A DNA stretch of 50,100 nucleotides. Source: Bacteroidota bacterium. GTDB taxonomy: Bacteria > Bacteroidota > Bacteroidia > NS11-12g > UBA955. The DNA lies in assembly GCA_046047755.1 (NCBI GenBank), contig JBJOHK010000073.1, forward strand, positions 1 to 50,100, read 5' to 3'. The notes below the pieces were generated by a model that saw only the letters and a program-made list of their open reading frames with translations, had not been told where the DNA came from and did not search any database. Positions within the stretch are counted from its first letter, which is position 1; each line of letters opens with the position of its first letter. Position numbers and translations under genes: made by a program. Positions 25,763-34,638 of this stretch are shown here, one piece after another.

Positions 25763-27753
25763 GACGCATTGCACTTGTGGGCAACCCTAATTGCGGTAAA
25801 ACCACTTTATTCAATCGACTGACTGGTCTTCAGCAGCACACTAGCAATCTTCCTGGCACAACGGTAGAGGCCCACCATGGCAAATTCAAATTAGCCAATG
25901 AGACAATTGAACTCATTGATCTACCCGGTATCTACAGCTTATTCGCCGAGTCTGACGATGAAAAATTGGTTGTTCATCATTTATTAGGCGAAGGCGTTGA
26001 GAAACCCGACGCCATATTGTTGGTTCTCGATTCTTCTAATCTTCGCAGAAATCTCTTACTTCAACAACAGCTTCAAGACCTCGGCTACCCCAGCGCGGCC
26101 GTCTTAACCATGCAAGACTCCGCCAAACGCAGAGGGCTTGAATTGGATATTAATCAGCTTGAGAAACAATTGGGTCTCCCAATCATGGGCATCAACCCCC
26201 GTAAAGACCGCCAATTGACTGGACCCATTTCTCAATTTTTACAAGAATTACTGAACGCCCCTTTGCCTGAATTGCCACCCAATGACACGGTAAATAAATT
26301 GCAGCGATTTCACGGTGGGGAAAAAATCAAGGGACTCAGTTTGGAGACCTTGTTGCGTTACAACCGCATAGAAAGCATCTTATCGGCCTGCCAGACCCAA
26401 CAGGCCTTTGGGTGGAAAAGCTTCACCCTCAAATTAGACCGCTGGTTTGTGCATCCAGTGGTGGGTTTCCTCGCCTTTTTTGCTGTAATGATGATCCTGT
26501 TTCAAGGAGTCTTCACCCTAGCAGAAGGTCCAATGACATGGGTAGAAGACGCCTTTGCTTGGGCTTCAGCTGGCATTGAGTCCATTTTGCCTCAGCATAC
26601 GGCTTCGGGATTGATTATTGACGGCTTGCTACCCGGTTTAGCCGGTGTAGTGGTGTTTGTGCCTCAAATCTTCATCTTGTTCTTTTTGATTGGCTTGCTG
26701 GAAGACAGCGGGTACATGGTACGAGCCTCTTTTATAACCGACCGTTTGATGCGAAAAATCGGCCTCAATGGTCGCAGTGTTATTCCCCTAGTCGGAGGGT
26801 TCGCTTGCGCCATACCTGCCATGATGGCTACGCGAAGCATTCGCAATAGAAGCGAACGACTGGCCACTATGATCGTGGTACCTCTGATGAGCTGCAGCGC
26901 TCGATTGCCTGTGTATGTACTGCTTATTTCACTGGCCATCCCCGCTCAAACTTTTATCGGGCCAGTTCCAGCTCAGACCTTGGTCATGACCTCGGCCTAT
27001 TTCGCCGGTATCATTGTGGCCTTATTCATAGCTGCTTTGTTCAAAAGATTCCACCCTAGCCAAGAGCGCAGCGAATTCATATTGGAACTGCCCGCTTATC
27101 AACGCCCTAGGCTTCAGACCGTGGCCCAACAAGCTTGGATGAAATGCAAATCTTTCCTACAAGAGGCAGGTTCTGTCATCCTAATTATTTCTTTGGCCCT
27201 ATGGGCATTGAGTACCTGGGGTCCTGGTGATTCTATGGCTCAAGCCAAAATCAAAGCCGAACAAGCCGCTCAAGAATTGGAATGCCCTACTGGCATGAGC
27301 CCAAGCGAATTTCAATCCCAATTGGAGTTGACATTCAAGTTGGAAGCCAGCTATGCTGGCCATATTGGTCATGCCATTGAACCCGCCATTCAACCTCTCG
27401 GATACGATTGGAAAACGGGCATAGCCTTAATCAGTTCTTTTGCCGCAAGAGAGGTTTTTGTGGGCACCATGAGCACATTATTCCAAAGTTCAGATGGTAA
27501 TGTTTCAGGCATTCGGGCTCGTATGCAGAAGGAAATCGACCCCATTACCGGCAAACCCAAATACGGAATACCTTATGCCTTGAGTTTAATTATTTTTTAC
27601 GCCTTTGCCTTGCAATGCATCAGCACCATGGCGGTGATGAAAAAGGAAACAGGATCATGGACTTGGCCCATCTCTTTGTTCTTGTTATACGGAGCCTTGG
27701 CCTACCTAGGCGCCTTCCTCGTATATCGTTGGAGTATAGGATTCCTCATTTAA
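25759..27753 (+). CDS. feoB: Ferrous iron transporter B
   Basis: N-terminal G-domain (IALVGNPNCGKTTLFNRLTG, DLPG) followed by a polytopic permease with gate motifs. The start is TTG, because the conserved N-terminus begins immediately. Confidence 0.9.
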   Translation: MRRIALVGNPNCGKTTLFNRLTGLQQHTSNLPGTTVEAHHGKFKLANETIELIDLPGIYSLFAESDDEKLVVHHLLGEGVEKPDAILLVLDSSNLRRNLLLQQQLQDLGYPSAAVLTMQDSAKRRGLELDINQLEKQLGLPIMGINPRKDRQLTGPISQFLQELLNAPLPELPPNDTVNKLQRFHGGEKIKGLSLETLLRYNRIESILSACQTQQAFGWKSFTLKLDRWFVHPVVGFLAFFAVMMILFQGVFTLAEGPMTWVEDAFAWASAGIESILPQHTASGLIIDGLLPGLAGVVVFVPQIFILFFLIGLLEDSGYMVRASFITDRLMRKIGLNGRSVIPLVGGFACAIPAMMATRSIRNRSERLATMIVVPLMSCSARLPVYVLLISLAIPAQTFIGPVPAQTLVMTSAYFAGIIVALFIAALFKRFHPSQERSEFILELPAYQRPRLQTVAQQAWMKCKSFLQEAGSVILIISLALWALSTWGPGDSMAQAKIKAEQAAQELECPTGMSPSEFQSQLELTFKLEASYAGHIGHAIEPAIQPLGYDWKTGIALISSFAAREVFVGTMSTLFQSSDGNVSGIRARMQKEIDPITGKPKYGIPYALSLIIFYAFALQCISTMAVMKKETGSWTWPISLFLLYGALAYLGAFLVYRWSIGFLI

Positions 27754-27847
27754 CGACCAAACAAACGGCAGTTAGGCATAGAATTTGCGGCTTAAGAGAC
27801 CAGCATTTTGTCTTTGGTCCCAGCTACTTAGTGTTAGAAAAACACCG

Positions 27848-27855
27848 TACCTTTG
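27848..27855 (+). promoter_or_regulatory. -7 box TACCTTTG upstream of rpoD
   Basis: Exact TAnnTTTG, 41 nt upstream of ATG 27897, followed by an A/T-rich leader. Confidence 0.5.
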
Positions 27856-27896
27856 CACCTTCGGCCAAATACATATATTGATTTTCAAAACCTTAC

Positions 27897-28760
27897 ATGA
27901 GGCAGCTTAAAATATCCAAACAGTTTACCAACCGGGAAAACAAATCTCTAGACAAGTACCTGAACGAGATCTCCAAAGTGTCAATGATTGACGCACAAGA
28001 GGAAGTAGAATTGGCCCGACGCATTCGCGAAGGGGATCAGGCCGCCTTGGAAAAGTTGGTCAATGCCAACCTCCGATTCGTTGTTTCAGTTTCTAAACAA
28101 TACCAAAACCAGGGTTTGACCCTCGGAGATTTGATCAACGAAGGCAACATGGGCCTCATTAAAGCCGCTAAACGTTTTGATGAAACCCGCGGTTTCAAAT
28201 TCATCTCTTACGCCGTTTGGTGGATTCGCCAGAGCATTTTGCAGGCTTTGGCCGATCAAAGCCGCATTGTGCGTTTGCCGTTGAACAAAGTAGGTTCATT
28301 GGGCCGTATTACTCAAGCTTCTGCCCGCCTCGAGCAGGAGTTGGAGCGTGAACCCACTCCTCAAGAAATTGCCGAAGCTTTGGAAATCCCCATTACCGAA
28401 GTAGAAAATGCTTTGCGTTCTAGCGGCCGTCACTTGTCGATTGACGCCCCATTGGCAGAAGGAGAAGACAATACCCTACTGGGTGTGCTTGACAACAATG
28501 ACGAGCCCAACCCTGACATGCCCTTGTTGAATGAATCGCTTCAGAACGAAATCAACCGTGTTATTTCAACCTTGAGTGACAAAGAGCGCGATGTATTGAA
28601 GTACTACTTCGGGCTAGATGGCAACCAGGCCCATACCTTAGAAGATATTAGCGAAAAGGTAGGCCTTACGCGTGAGCGTGTTCGCCAAATCAAGGAGAAA
28701 GCGTTGCGTCGTTTGCGCAAGTCATCCAAGAGCAAAATCCTCAAGTCTTATTTGGGCTAA
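27897..28760 (+). CDS. rpoD: Primary RNA polymerase sigma factor (Bacteroidota short sigma-A)
   Basis: 287 aa. Regions 2-4 are all present ([59 protein letters not shown]), with no region 1.1 and no non-conserved insert, as is typical for the phylum. Confidence 0.92.
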   Translation: MRQLKISKQFTNRENKSLDKYLNEISKVSMIDAQEEVELARRIREGDQAALEKLVNANLRFVVSVSKQYQNQGLTLGDLINEGNMGLIKAAKRFDETRGFKFISYAVWWIRQSILQALADQSRIVRLPLNKVGSLGRITQASARLEQELEREPTPQEIAEALEIPITEVENALRSSGRHLSIDAPLAEGEDNTLLGVLDNNDEPNPDMPLLNESLQNEINRVISTLSDKERDVLKYYFGLDGNQAHTLEDISEKVGLTRERVRQIKEKALRRLRKSSKSKILKSYLG

Positions 28761-28780
28761 TCCCCCACTGAGTTGATAAC

Positions 28781-28812
28781 AAAAAAGGTCCCGCTCACGC
28801 GGGACCTTTTTT
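28781..28812. terminator. Bidirectional intrinsic terminator (rpoD / adhesin junction)
   Basis: A6, 8-bp stem GGTCCCGC/GCGGGACC (28787-28794 / 28799-28806), tetraloop TCAC, then T6. Confidence 0.8.
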
Positions 28813-28831
28813 ATGGGTTCAGATTGCGCTG

Positions 28832-31800
28832 TTAATCCAACAGCGTAACCGTACCCTTGTAGACATACAAATTGCCGTCTACGTATCGGAAATAGATCTG
28901 ATAAGCGTAAACGCCCTCCAAGGGAGGCGCCCCGTTATGACCACTTCCATCCCAAGCTTCTTCGGGGTTTGTGGTTTCAAAAATGATGGCACCCCAGCGA
29001 TCAATGATGCGCATCTTGTAATTTTCAATTCCAAATGAGCTACTGCCCTTGAAGCCCTCGTTCAATCCATCCAAGTTTGGAGAGAAGGCGTTGGGCACAT
29101 GGAACAACAGCTCTGGCTTCAAGAATATATACTTTTCCGTGCTGTCGAAACAGCCGTAATTGTTGCTTGCCAACAAGCGAACCAAAAAGTCGCCGGTAGA
29201 GGAGAAGGTTAAGAAATGGGGTCCTGCTCCACTAACAAACTGCCCGTCCTGGAAAGACCAGGAATAATTATCAGCATTGCTACTGAGATTGGTGAATTTC
29301 CAGTCGGTTTCCAAACCTCTGGACAGCAAATATTCGCTATCAAAGTTGGCCACAGGCTTGGGCCATGCATTGACCAACAACGAATTACTAACCCCTTGGC
29401 AACCCTGGTCGCTTTGAACCTTGAGTTCCACATTATAGGCGCCAGCCGAGCTATAAGTATGAGAAGGATTTGCCATTACAGCCGTACCCCCATCTCCAAA
29501 TGTCCAGGCATAGGAGGTAATGCTGCCGCGGCTCAATTGAACGTTGCTCAAGAAATCAATGGCCTTACCTACGCATCCATCGGTGCCACTTATCGTAACA
29601 ACGGGAGTTTCGTACACCCACAAGGTCTGTTGATCAACGCTAAAACAGCCCTTGTCGCTCATGAGAACCAAGGCGAGGTTGTAGGCCCCTGTATCGGTAT
29701 AGCTTTGATTGGGCAATACCTTACCCAAACTCAAGGGGCTTCCATTCAAAGCCCAGCCGTGTTGAACTCCGGTGGCCGAATTTTCATTACTGGTATTGTT
29801 AATCACAAACAAGTTGCCTTGCAAACACTGGGTCAAATCATTGACCGTAAAGGAAGCTTTGGGCACAGGGAAAAGCTCTACTTGGCGCTGGGTGGAATCC
29901 TTACAACCCGAAGGAGAAGTAATAAGCAGTTTTACGTTGTATTTACCCGGTGCCGAATAATTCTTTCCAATCACATCCATGCTGGTACTGTTTGTACCAT
30001 CACCCAATGTCCACTTGCGGGTATAAGTACCATTGAAGTTAGACACATCAGTAAAATTGAAAGCGTGGGTCCCAAAACAAGCGGTATCCTTATCGGTCGC
30101 CATTTGTGCCTGAGGCACAGCGACAACATATGCTTTGGTCTTGCTTGAATCCCAGCAACCGTATTGAGTCACGATGGCATGCCTTACAGTAAAGGTACCC
30201 GTATCCTTAAAAGAATATTTCACACTGTCAGCGTCTATCTGGAAACCATCACCCAAATCCCATTGATGCGTGATGCTCACACCAGAATTCCCCCAAGCAT
30301 TCAACGACTTAAATCGGAATGAGTTTCCTTGGAAACACTGAACCGGATTGCTCGGTGTAATGGTAGCATCTGGGTTCTCACGAACATTTACAGCCCGCTC
30401 CATGGAGTCTTTGCAACCGTAATTGGTCATGGCTACCAGTTTAACGAAATACATGCCTGGAGCGGCGAACTTCTTATTATTGACCGGCGAGCCTGAAGCC
30501 GTGGTAATATCACTGAAGTACCAACTATTCTTGGCATTCATGGCATTAGGTGCTTCAGCTGATTCAGAACTATCGCTCAAATTGAAGAAATGGCTCTTGA
30601 AACACACATTCGAATCCGTAACGGTCCATTTGGCTTTGGGCTCTTTCGCAATGAAGACCGATTTCTCAATGGTATCGGCACAACCCTGATCAGAAACCGC
30701 AATCAATATGACTTTCTCGTATCCCGTGTCCTTAAATTGATAATTAGACAGTGAACTCGAGGCATTGGGTGCACCTTCCAAATACCATGCATGATCATAA
30801 GTGCCATAGGAAATGCTACTAGCATCATCAAAATCAAAAGAGTTCTGTTTGAAACATGGGTTGTCAACGTTAATCGTAAAGCCTGCCACTGGAGCTGGGT
30901 GAACAATAATGGTCGAATCAGCCGTATCTCGACAATGGTAGATAGACTCCGCTATCAAGCGCACATTGAAGGTATCATAGGTTTGAAAATGATAGCTGTA
31001 CAAATATGGAGCTGCCGTATCGCGTGAACCATCAGAGAATTCCCAAACGGCGTGCAACACCCCTAAATCATAGATAGAGGAATCCAAGAAATCAGCTTTG
31101 GCATATTGGCAATAATAGTCTTGAGGAATGTTGATTTTGGCGATGGGTATTCTCTCTACCAACAAGGCCGTGTCTAGGGTATCCTTACATCCCAATTTAC
31201 TAGAAACAATATACCTCAAATCAAAAGAACCTGCGGTATCAAAACTGTACATGAACCGCTTCTCCACACTTTTGACAAATAAGTTCCTATTCCAATCGAA
31301 CAAATCCCAAGTAGACCAAGCAAATGCATCATTGTTGAACGACGTAGAATCTGACAAAGAGAAATAGTTCTCCTTGCCGCACTGATTCAAGGTATCATAA
31401 GAGAGTTTGGCCACAATGGGATCAGCTCTTAAGACCAAGGTAGAGTCTATGTTGATGCAATTGGTACTCGTATCGAGAACCTTCAACCACACTTTACCGG
31501 CGGCTTTTGCCGTAAATGTCAACTTACTAGATGAGTCTTGCCATTTGTATATAAACTTATTGTTGGCCGGACCGAAGAAGGTCAGGTTAATCGAGTTTGT
31601 ACATTGTATTGTGGTGTCGGGAAAACTGAATATAGGACCGGGGAGAACATTGACAATTTTGCTTCGAAAAATGGTATCGTCTACGTTGCAATTACCGGGC
31701 ACGACCAATTTCATCACCACATAATAAGCACCTACTTTCTCGAATTTATGCTTAACCGACTGACCTGAGCCCACATTGCCATCGCCAAAATTCCAGAGGT

Positions 31801-33334
31801 AGGCTTTGACATTGGGATAACTCTTCTGAGCCTCAATCGTCACCGTTTCGCCAGGGCACTTGCTATTTCGTTTGATATTGAAATCATATTCAACGTTTTC
31901 AAAAAGGGCACCCGCCGAATAAGCATAGCTTTCATATTGACCAATGCCATAGGCCACACAAACCATTCCGCTATCGCATTCAATGGTATTGTAACTCGGG
32001 TTTCCCACTTGCACCATGGCATAGGCATAATCATTACAGACCGTAGTAAAGTTGTTTGAAGAAATGAAAGACCCATTGACTTTGACAGCTTTGGTCGCTG
32101 ATTTACGCACCAAAATATTCACCCAATGAAGGTTCATATTGTTCGTGGTCGCCGTTCCAACAACCGTTTTCAACAATTGCTGGGTAGCATCTGGCATAAC
32201 CAAAATGGAAGCATCGCCTCGGTTTCCACCGTAGCCACTGCACTGCCCATTTTTCATATACTGTACGCAGTAGGCTCCCTTGGAAGTTTTAATGCAAGTA
32301 GCCGTCAAGCCCGTAACGTTTCGGTACAACCAATCTCCGGCATTTTTCAATTGCATCACGAATGAACCGTTGATATACACATCGGTCGAATCATGAGCGG
32401 CAATGATTTTGTAAACATAACCGCCAGTCTGGCCTTTAAAGGGCATCAGAACATAATCCTTCCCCAGAGCATTGGTAGGAATAACCTGTGTATACATGTG
32501 ATCGCGGCCGGTAGCGCCACAGGTACCACCCGCACGATCGACAAAGCCTGAACGATTGCCTGAAAACACATTGATTTTTCCGCAGCCTTGAACTACTCGA
32601 ATACGGGTTCCGGTCATATCCCCATCAATCGCGCCTCCTCCTACTAGATTGTGCTGGGGGGGGCTTCCCGTATTCCCATCTCCAACATCGCTCTGCACTT
32701 GATATACTTGCCCTTTAGCTAAGGTAACCGTGTATGCAGAACCCGCTGTTTTTCCTCCAGCCGTCACATAAGCCGGAGTAATCTCCACCTTAACATTGTT
32801 ATCCATTCCAATGATGACAAATTCACTCTGCATGTATTTTTGGTTCCCTCCAAAACCGGTACGAACATTGGGGACATAGGAAGGCACATAAAATTCAGGA
32901 GCCGAGGGAATTGACTCATAAGGCATCACAAATGTGGCAGCCGAACGATTTTGTTCCAAGTTCATGCAGTATACGTTAACGGGATCATCTGCGATGATGC
33001 GCATTCCCCGTTTGGAGTTCAAATCGCTGGCATTGAATTCTGAGCCCACAGGGTAATAAAACTGCGGATCAACCGCCACCCTGTTCACCGTATTTTGGGT
33101 AATATTGATGGTCTGCAAAGAACCTGCAACGCGAGGGTTATCCAATTTAATTTTGGTATTGAACTCACTTGTCACGTAGATCAACAGCGAATCTGGATAC
33201 CCACCTGAACGGGTTTCCATCTCCATGAAACTCATGTAGAAGGTTTTTCCCGTTGATGAAATCTGCGCTTTACTGCCCCCCCAAAAGGCTACAAAAACCA
33301 AACAGAATACTAAAAGTTTCTTTATTGAATGCAT
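28832..33334 (-). CDS. Giant T9SS-secreted surface protein: N-terminal ~480-aa domain, about 11 PKD-like repeats, type-B (gliding-motility-associated) C-terminal sorting domain
   Basis: Signal peptide MHSIKKLLVFCLVFVAFWGGSKA. About 85-aa repeats carry W.FGDG...Y...G.Y.V.L......GC.D(S/T) motifs (for example WNFGDGN, WEFSDGS, WDLGDGF, WTLGDGT, WTFGDGG, WSFQDGQ). The C-terminus VPNAFSPNLDGLNEGF...YKGTVTLLD matches the type-B T9SS CTD pattern. Confidence 0.85.
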   Translation of the reverse strand: MHSIKKLLVFCLVFVAFWGGSKAQISSTGKTFYMSFMEMETRSGGYPDSLLIYVTSEFNTKIKLDNPRVAGSLQTINITQNTVNRVAVDPQFYYPVGSEFNASDLNSKRGMRIIADDPVNVYCMNLEQNRSAATFVMPYESIPSAPEFYVPSYVPNVRTGFGGNQKYMQSEFVIIGMDNNVKVEITPAYVTAGGKTAGSAYTVTLAKGQVYQVQSDVGDGNTGSPPQHNLVGGGAIDGDMTGTRIRVVQGCGKINVFSGNRSGFVDRAGGTCGATGRDHMYTQVIPTNALGKDYVLMPFKGQTGGYVYKIIAAHDSTDVYINGSFVMQLKNAGDWLYRNVTGLTATCIKTSKGAYCVQYMKNGQCSGYGGNRGDASILVMPDATQQLLKTVVGTATTNNMNLHWVNILVRKSATKAVKVNGSFISSNNFTTVCNDYAYAMVQVGNPSYNTIECDSGMVCVAYGIGQYESYAYSAGALFENVEYDFNIKRNSKCPGETVTIEAQKSYPNVKAYLWNFGDGNVGSGQSVKHKFEKVGAYYVVMKLVVPGNCNVDDTIFRSKIVNVLPGPIFSFPDTTIQCTNSINLTFFGPANNKFIYKWQDSSSKLTFTAKAAGKVWLKVLDTSTNCINIDSTLVLRADPIVAKLSYDTLNQCGKENYFSLSDSTSFNNDAFAWSTWDLFDWNRNLFVKSVEKRFMYSFDTAGSFDLRYIVSSKLGCKDTLDTALLVERIPIAKINIPQDYYCQYAKADFLDSSIYDLGVLHAVWEFSDGSRDTAAPYLYSYHFQTYDTFNVRLIAESIYHCRDTADSTIIVHPAPVAGFTINVDNPCFKQNSFDFDDASSISYGTYDHAWYLEGAPNASSSLSNYQFKDTGYEKVILIAVSDQGCADTIEKSVFIAKEPKAKWTVTDSNVCFKSHFFNLSDSSESAEAPNAMNAKNSWYFSDITTASGSPVNNKKFAAPGMYFVKLVAMTNYGCKDSMERAVNVRENPDATITPSNPVQCFQGNSFRFKSLNAWGNSGVSITHQWDLGDGFQIDADSVKYSFKDTGTFTVRHAIVTQYGCWDSSKTKAYVVAVPQAQMATDKDTACFGTHAFNFTDVSNFNGTYTRKWTLGDGTNSTSMDVIGKNYSAPGKYNVKLLITSPSGCKDSTQRQVELFPVPKASFTVNDLTQCLQGNLFVINNTSNENSATGVQHGWALNGSPLSLGKVLPNQSYTDTGAYNLALVLMSDKGCFSVDQQTLWVYETPVVTISGTDGCVGKAIDFLSNVQLSRGSITSYAWTFGDGGTAVMANPSHTYSSAGAYNVELKVQSDQGCQGVSNSLLVNAWPKPVANFDSEYLLSRGLETDWKFTNLSSNADNYSWSFQDGQFVSGAGPHFLTFSSTGDFLVRLLASNNYGCFDSTEKYIFLKPELLFHVPNAFSPNLDGLNEGFKGSSSFGIENYKMRIIDRWGAIIFETTNPEEAWDGSGHNGAPPLEGVYAYQIYFRYVDGNLYVYKGTVTLLD
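32656..32663 (-). repeat. C8 homopolymer (sense strand) inside the adhesin CDS
   Basis: The plus strand reads G8. On the sense strand it encodes GSPPQH, about codon 224-226. Confidence 0.9.
33276..33282 (-). repeat. G7 homopolymer (sense strand) in the adhesin signal-peptide region
   Basis: The plus strand reads C7. The sense strand reads TTTTGGGGGGGCAG, encoding FWGGS at codons 17-21. Confidence 0.9.
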
Positions 33335-33347
33335 ACTATGTATGCAT
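33329..33347 (-). promoter_or_regulatory. Perfect 8-3-8 palindrome covering the adhesin start codon
   Basis: The sense strand reads ATGCATAC-ATA-GTATGCAT. The downstream arm contains the gene's ATG (33334-33332). The upstream arm begins a 3-codon mini-ORF, ATG CAT ACA TAG. Confidence 0.6.
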
Positions 33348-33422
33348 AGACGCAGAAATTAGCTTTTCATTGCCTAGTCATCAAAATATGACACTAAGCC
33401 GAACTAACTATTTGTTAAAAAG

Positions 33423-34616
33423 TTAGCCCACCGGCTCGAGACTCTTTTGAAAATCATCAATCACCCCGCTAAATACCAATTCATCGCCTAGGTAAACCGC
33501 TAAAAATTGACCCGGAGTTACGGCTTTTTGAGGTTCATCAAAGATCAACACAAACCCTAGATTGTCTTCTTGCAATCGACAGGCCAACAAGGCTTGTCTG
33601 TATCGAATTCGGCAGCGAATACCTTCATTGGAAAGCACGGCTGATTTGGCCGATTCTCTAACCCAATGGGCATCTTTGTGAAGAACCCGCAAGAATGGGC
33701 TGTACAAAGCAGGATGATCTTCTCCTTGGCCCACGTATACCACATTATGGAATACGTCGGTTTGCAGAACAAACAAAGGCTTCACCTTGCCGCCAATGTT
33801 CAATCCTTTGCGCTGACCTATGGTATAATAATGAGCTCCGTTGTGTTGGCCGATCACCCGGCCATCTTCAGGCGATAATGGCAAGGCCCAGCTCGATTCA
33901 TTTTCCAGCTTGCGGTTTTGCATCCACACAGAAAGCAGACCTGCATTGGCTTCTATTTCTACCACATTTCCTTGCTTGGGTTTAAGTTGTTGTTGCAAAA
34001 ATTCAGGTAGCGAAACATGGCCAATGAAACAAAGTCCTTGAGAGTCCTTTTTTTGAGCCGTCACCAAATCTAGCGCTGCCGCTTTTGCCCGAACAGCTGA
34101 CTTTTCTAACGAACCTAAGGGGAACAAGGCTTTTGACAGTTGAGACTGGCTTAACTGGCACAGAAAATAGCTTTGGTCCTTATTGGCGTCTTTGCCGGCC
34201 AACAACCGATACTCTCCATCTTTTTCTACCCGTTGAGCATAATGGCCAGTAGCCACATACTCTGCACCAATCAACAAGGCATGATTCAGAAAGAGGTCAA
34301 ATTTGATTTCTCGGTTGCACAACACATCGGGATTGGGGGTTCTCCCCTGCTCATATTCCCTAAACATGTAGTCAACAATTCGCTCTTTGTAAGCCGCACT
34401 CAAATCCAAAACCTGAAAGGGAATCCCTAATTTTTCTGCCACCAACATGGCATCTCGGGAATCGTCTATCCACGGGCATTCATCTTCCAGGGTAACAGCG
34501 GCATCGTTCCAATTTCGCATGAACAAGCCAATGACTTCATGCCCTTCTTCCAAGAGCATGGCCGCGGCGACAGAGCTATCGACTCCTCCAGACAAACCGA
34601 CTACAACCCGAGCCAT
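33423..34616 (-). CDS. mnmA: tRNA 2-thiouridine(34) synthase
   Basis: The PP-loop VVVGLSGGVDSSVAA is present, and MnmA motifs run throughout (RTPNPDVLCN, KDQSYFL, GLCFIG). Confidence 0.9.
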   Translation of the reverse strand: MARVVVGLSGGVDSSVAAAMLLEEGHEVIGLFMRNWNDAAVTLEDECPWIDDSRDAMLVAEKLGIPFQVLDLSAAYKERIVDYMFREYEQGRTPNPDVLCNREIKFDLFLNHALLIGAEYVATGHYAQRVEKDGEYRLLAGKDANKDQSYFLCQLSQSQLSKALFPLGSLEKSAVRAKAAALDLVTAQKKDSQGLCFIGHVSLPEFLQQQLKPKQGNVVEIEANAGLLSVWMQNRKLENESSWALPLSPEDGRVIGQHNGAHYYTIGQRKGLNIGGKVKPLFVLQTDVFHNVVYVGQGEDHPALYSPFLRVLHKDAHWVRESAKSAVLSNEGIRCRIRYRQALLACRLQEDNLGFVLIFDEPQKAVTPGQFLAVYLGDELVFSGVIDDFQKSLEPVG

Positions 34617-34638
34617 GCCGCAAAGGTCGGGATATTGA

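Noticed and set aside
27754-27847. Possible feoB terminator or small RNA in the 94 nt before the rpoD promoter (GACCA-N12-TGGTC).
   Set aside because: It has only a 5-bp stem with a 12-nt loop and no T-tract. No promoter-like box or conserved-looking structure is evident.
29216-30148. A 310-aa ORF antisense to the adhesin gene. Other long antisense ORFs occur at 1584-2243, 8300-8878, 14683-15210, 24184-24594, 36631-37176, 38268-38780 and 44094-44528.
   Set aside because: Each lies entirely inside a confidently identified gene on the opposite strand. None has a recognisable motif, signal peptide or adjacent -7 box. Their amino-acid composition is that of reverse-frame translation. They are the usual stop-poor shadow frame of a coding region.
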